Source: Candidatus Hermodarchaeota archaeon (GTDB taxonomy: Archaea > Asgardarchaeota > Lokiarchaeia > Sigyniarchaeales > SOKP01). Taken from it: a stretch of DNA of 17,506 nt. The stretch's first letter is position 1; each line of letters opens with the position of its first letter. Positions 16,311-17,506 of the stretch are shown here, piece after piece. The position numbers and the translations under genes are program-made. The stretch lies in contig JBHLLO010000065.1 in assembly GCA_048885535.1 (NCBI GenBank), positions 1 through 17,506 on the forward strand, given 5' to 3'. The notes beneath the pieces are model-generated. The model had not been told where the DNA came from. It saw nothing but the letters and a program-made list of their open reading frames with translations, and ran no database searches.

Positions 16311-16330
16311 AAAGAAAAAAAAAGGAAAAA
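16311..16330 (-). terminator. Oligo-T terminator after the zinc-ribbon membrane protein gene
   Basis: A-tracts on the plus strand (A9 at 16315-16323) read as T-tracts 14-33 nt past the minus-strand stop. Confidence 0.4.
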
Positions 16331-16343
16331 TTAAAATTAATTA

Positions 16344-17087
16344 CTAGTTAATTTCTGAACCACATTGAGCACAAAAATTTCCTATTCCAGATAATTTTGC
16401 CCCACAACTTGAGCAAAAATTAATTTTTAATTCATCGTTGATTACTGGCTGTGATTTAGGCACATTAGTTTGCTGTTCTGAAGATTCTGGAATTTCGTAA
16501 ATAGACAATTTTTTTAAGGTTGCGAGCTTAAAGTATCCTTTCACATGGTAGATAAAGCCGATTATTGCTGGAACGATTAAAAACCCTAATGAGCTTAGGA
16601 GTGTGCCTGTTTTTAGTTTATCACACCCCTTAATTGCCTCTTCTGCTACTTTAGCTGGAAACATCTTAAAATTATTCTCAAAAAATAATTTTAAATTTTT
16701 CCACGCCTTCATTTCAGCTGCCACACCTACATATACAAGTACTATCCCTGATATCATAAGAATTATAGGCACAGAGAGAGAGATGTAGATTGGGATCGAG
16801 GTTGAGACAAAGAAAAATAGAGCTAGGTTAACTCCTCCAATAATCAAGATAACCGTACCACATATTCTTGATATAAATCCCCTGATGTATTGTGAGCGAA
16901 ATTCATGTAAAGACAAGTTATTTAAGGTAAAATTTACCCTTTTAAGACTTCTCATCGCAATAAAGACAAAAATCATTGCTATAAAACCAGCTATCCCTGC
17001 GCTAATGCTTACAATCGTTAAAATTGCAGCTACTTGAATATATTTCCCAAAATCATGGAAATTTTTTCTAACTTCTATATTTGTCAT
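16344..17087 (-). CDS. Membrane protein with C-terminal double zinc-ribbon motif (DUF973-like architecture)
   Basis: About four to five hydrophobic helices, a polar linker, and the C-terminal FCSSCGAKL....NFCAQCGSEI. Confidence 0.78.
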   Translation of the reverse strand: MTNIEVRKNFHDFGKYIQVAAILTIVSISAGIAGFIAMIFVFIAMRSLKRVNFTLNNLSLHEFRSQYIRGFISRICGTVILIIGGVNLALFFFVSTSIPIYISLSVPIILMISGIVLVYVGVAAEMKAWKNLKLFFENNFKMFPAKVAEEAIKGCDKLKTGTLLSSLGFLIVPAIIGFIYHVKGYFKLATLKKLSIYEIPESSEQQTNVPKSQPVINDELKINFCSSCGAKLSGIGNFCAQCGSEIN

Positions 17088-17429
17088 TTTTATTTTCGAT
17101 TTTTAATTTTTAGATATTTAATATAAATATTTCAAAGATGATTGATTAAAGAGTGGGAGTCCATTAATTGCAATTCTTTAAAATTCTAAAATTGATAATG
17201 AAAAGGTTCATGAATACCAAATTCAGAGTCTGGATTATCATAAAAAACCACAGAAAACCAATATAGGTATAAATTTATAAGAAAATCTTTTGAAAGTAAG
17301 CTTCTTCATTGAAAATGTTCATTATCTTTAAATAAAAACTAAATTTTACTTATGAAACTTAACAATTTAATTAATTAGAGTGAATTTTCTTCTGCCTAGT
17401 GAGGTATAATCTATAAGAGGTGTATTTAT

Positions 17430-17506
17430 ATTAAAATAGATTGGAAATTATTTAAGAGAACATATCCATTTGTATGTGATAAATGTGGATATTTTCACTG
17501 GGAAAA
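17430..17506 (+). CDS. Partial small zinc-ribbon protein, apparent ATT start, runs off the window
   Basis: GAGGTG ribosome-binding site (17417-17422) 7 nt before ATT at 17430. Reads IKIDWKLFKRTYPFVCDKCGYFHWE. In-frame TGA at 17400-17402 with no ATG/GTG/TTG after it. Confidence 0.55.
   Translation, partial: MKIDWKLFKRTYPFVCDKCGYFHWE

Noticed and set aside
15698-16788. Short ORFs 15698-15928 (-) and 16603-16788 (+)
   Set aside because: Both lie antisense within well-supported genes
17238-17309. 23-codon minus-strand ORF MKKLTFKRFSYKFIPILVFCGFL resembling a signal peptide
   Set aside because: Ends at TGA-TAA with no convincing continuation in other frames; too short to support
9901-17393. TGAATTTTCTTCT at 9901-9913 and 17381-17393, near both ATT-start ORFs
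   Set aside because: Low-complexity AT-rich 13-mer in opposite orientation relative to the two genes; compatible with chance
1-17506. Selenoprotein/SECIS, CRISPR array, rRNA or IS element
   Set aside because: No gene appears interrupted by an in-frame TGA at a catalytic position, and no regularly spaced repeats, long GC-rich RNA gene or transposase motifs were seen by eye

Overview
A very AT-rich, gene-dense archaeal-type window, most likely from an Asgard archaeon (Lokiarchaeia-like). This placement is an inference from TATA/BRE promoters, GAGGTG/GGTGA ribosome-binding sites, oligo-T terminators, a G37 tRNA-Cys without encoded CCA, an Arf/Rag-type small GTPase and a longin/uDENN-like domain. 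The left 9.6 kb is a cysteine-centred locus. A partial class V PLP enzyme (missed by the ORF track) is divergent from cysE-cysK, and an Lrp/AsnC regulator precedes tRNA-Cys(GCA) and cysS. Between them lies a four-gene minus-strand run: ArsR, small GTPase, MASE3-PAS-PAS histidine kinase, and a response regulator whose output domain looks like a longin/uDENN fold. This run is the best candidate for an undescribed system, with two-component phosphorelay possibly wired to a eukaryote-like GTPase switch. The right half holds accessory enzymes: an MBL-fold hydrolase, a YdjM-like hydrolase, a TIGR04076-like protein, an ICMT/PEMT-like methyltransferase, a flavodoxin, DUF362, an LLM oxidoreductase and a zinc-ribbon membrane protein. 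Two unannotated small CxxC proteins appear to start at ATT. All family assignments come from reading motifs by eye; no searches were run.
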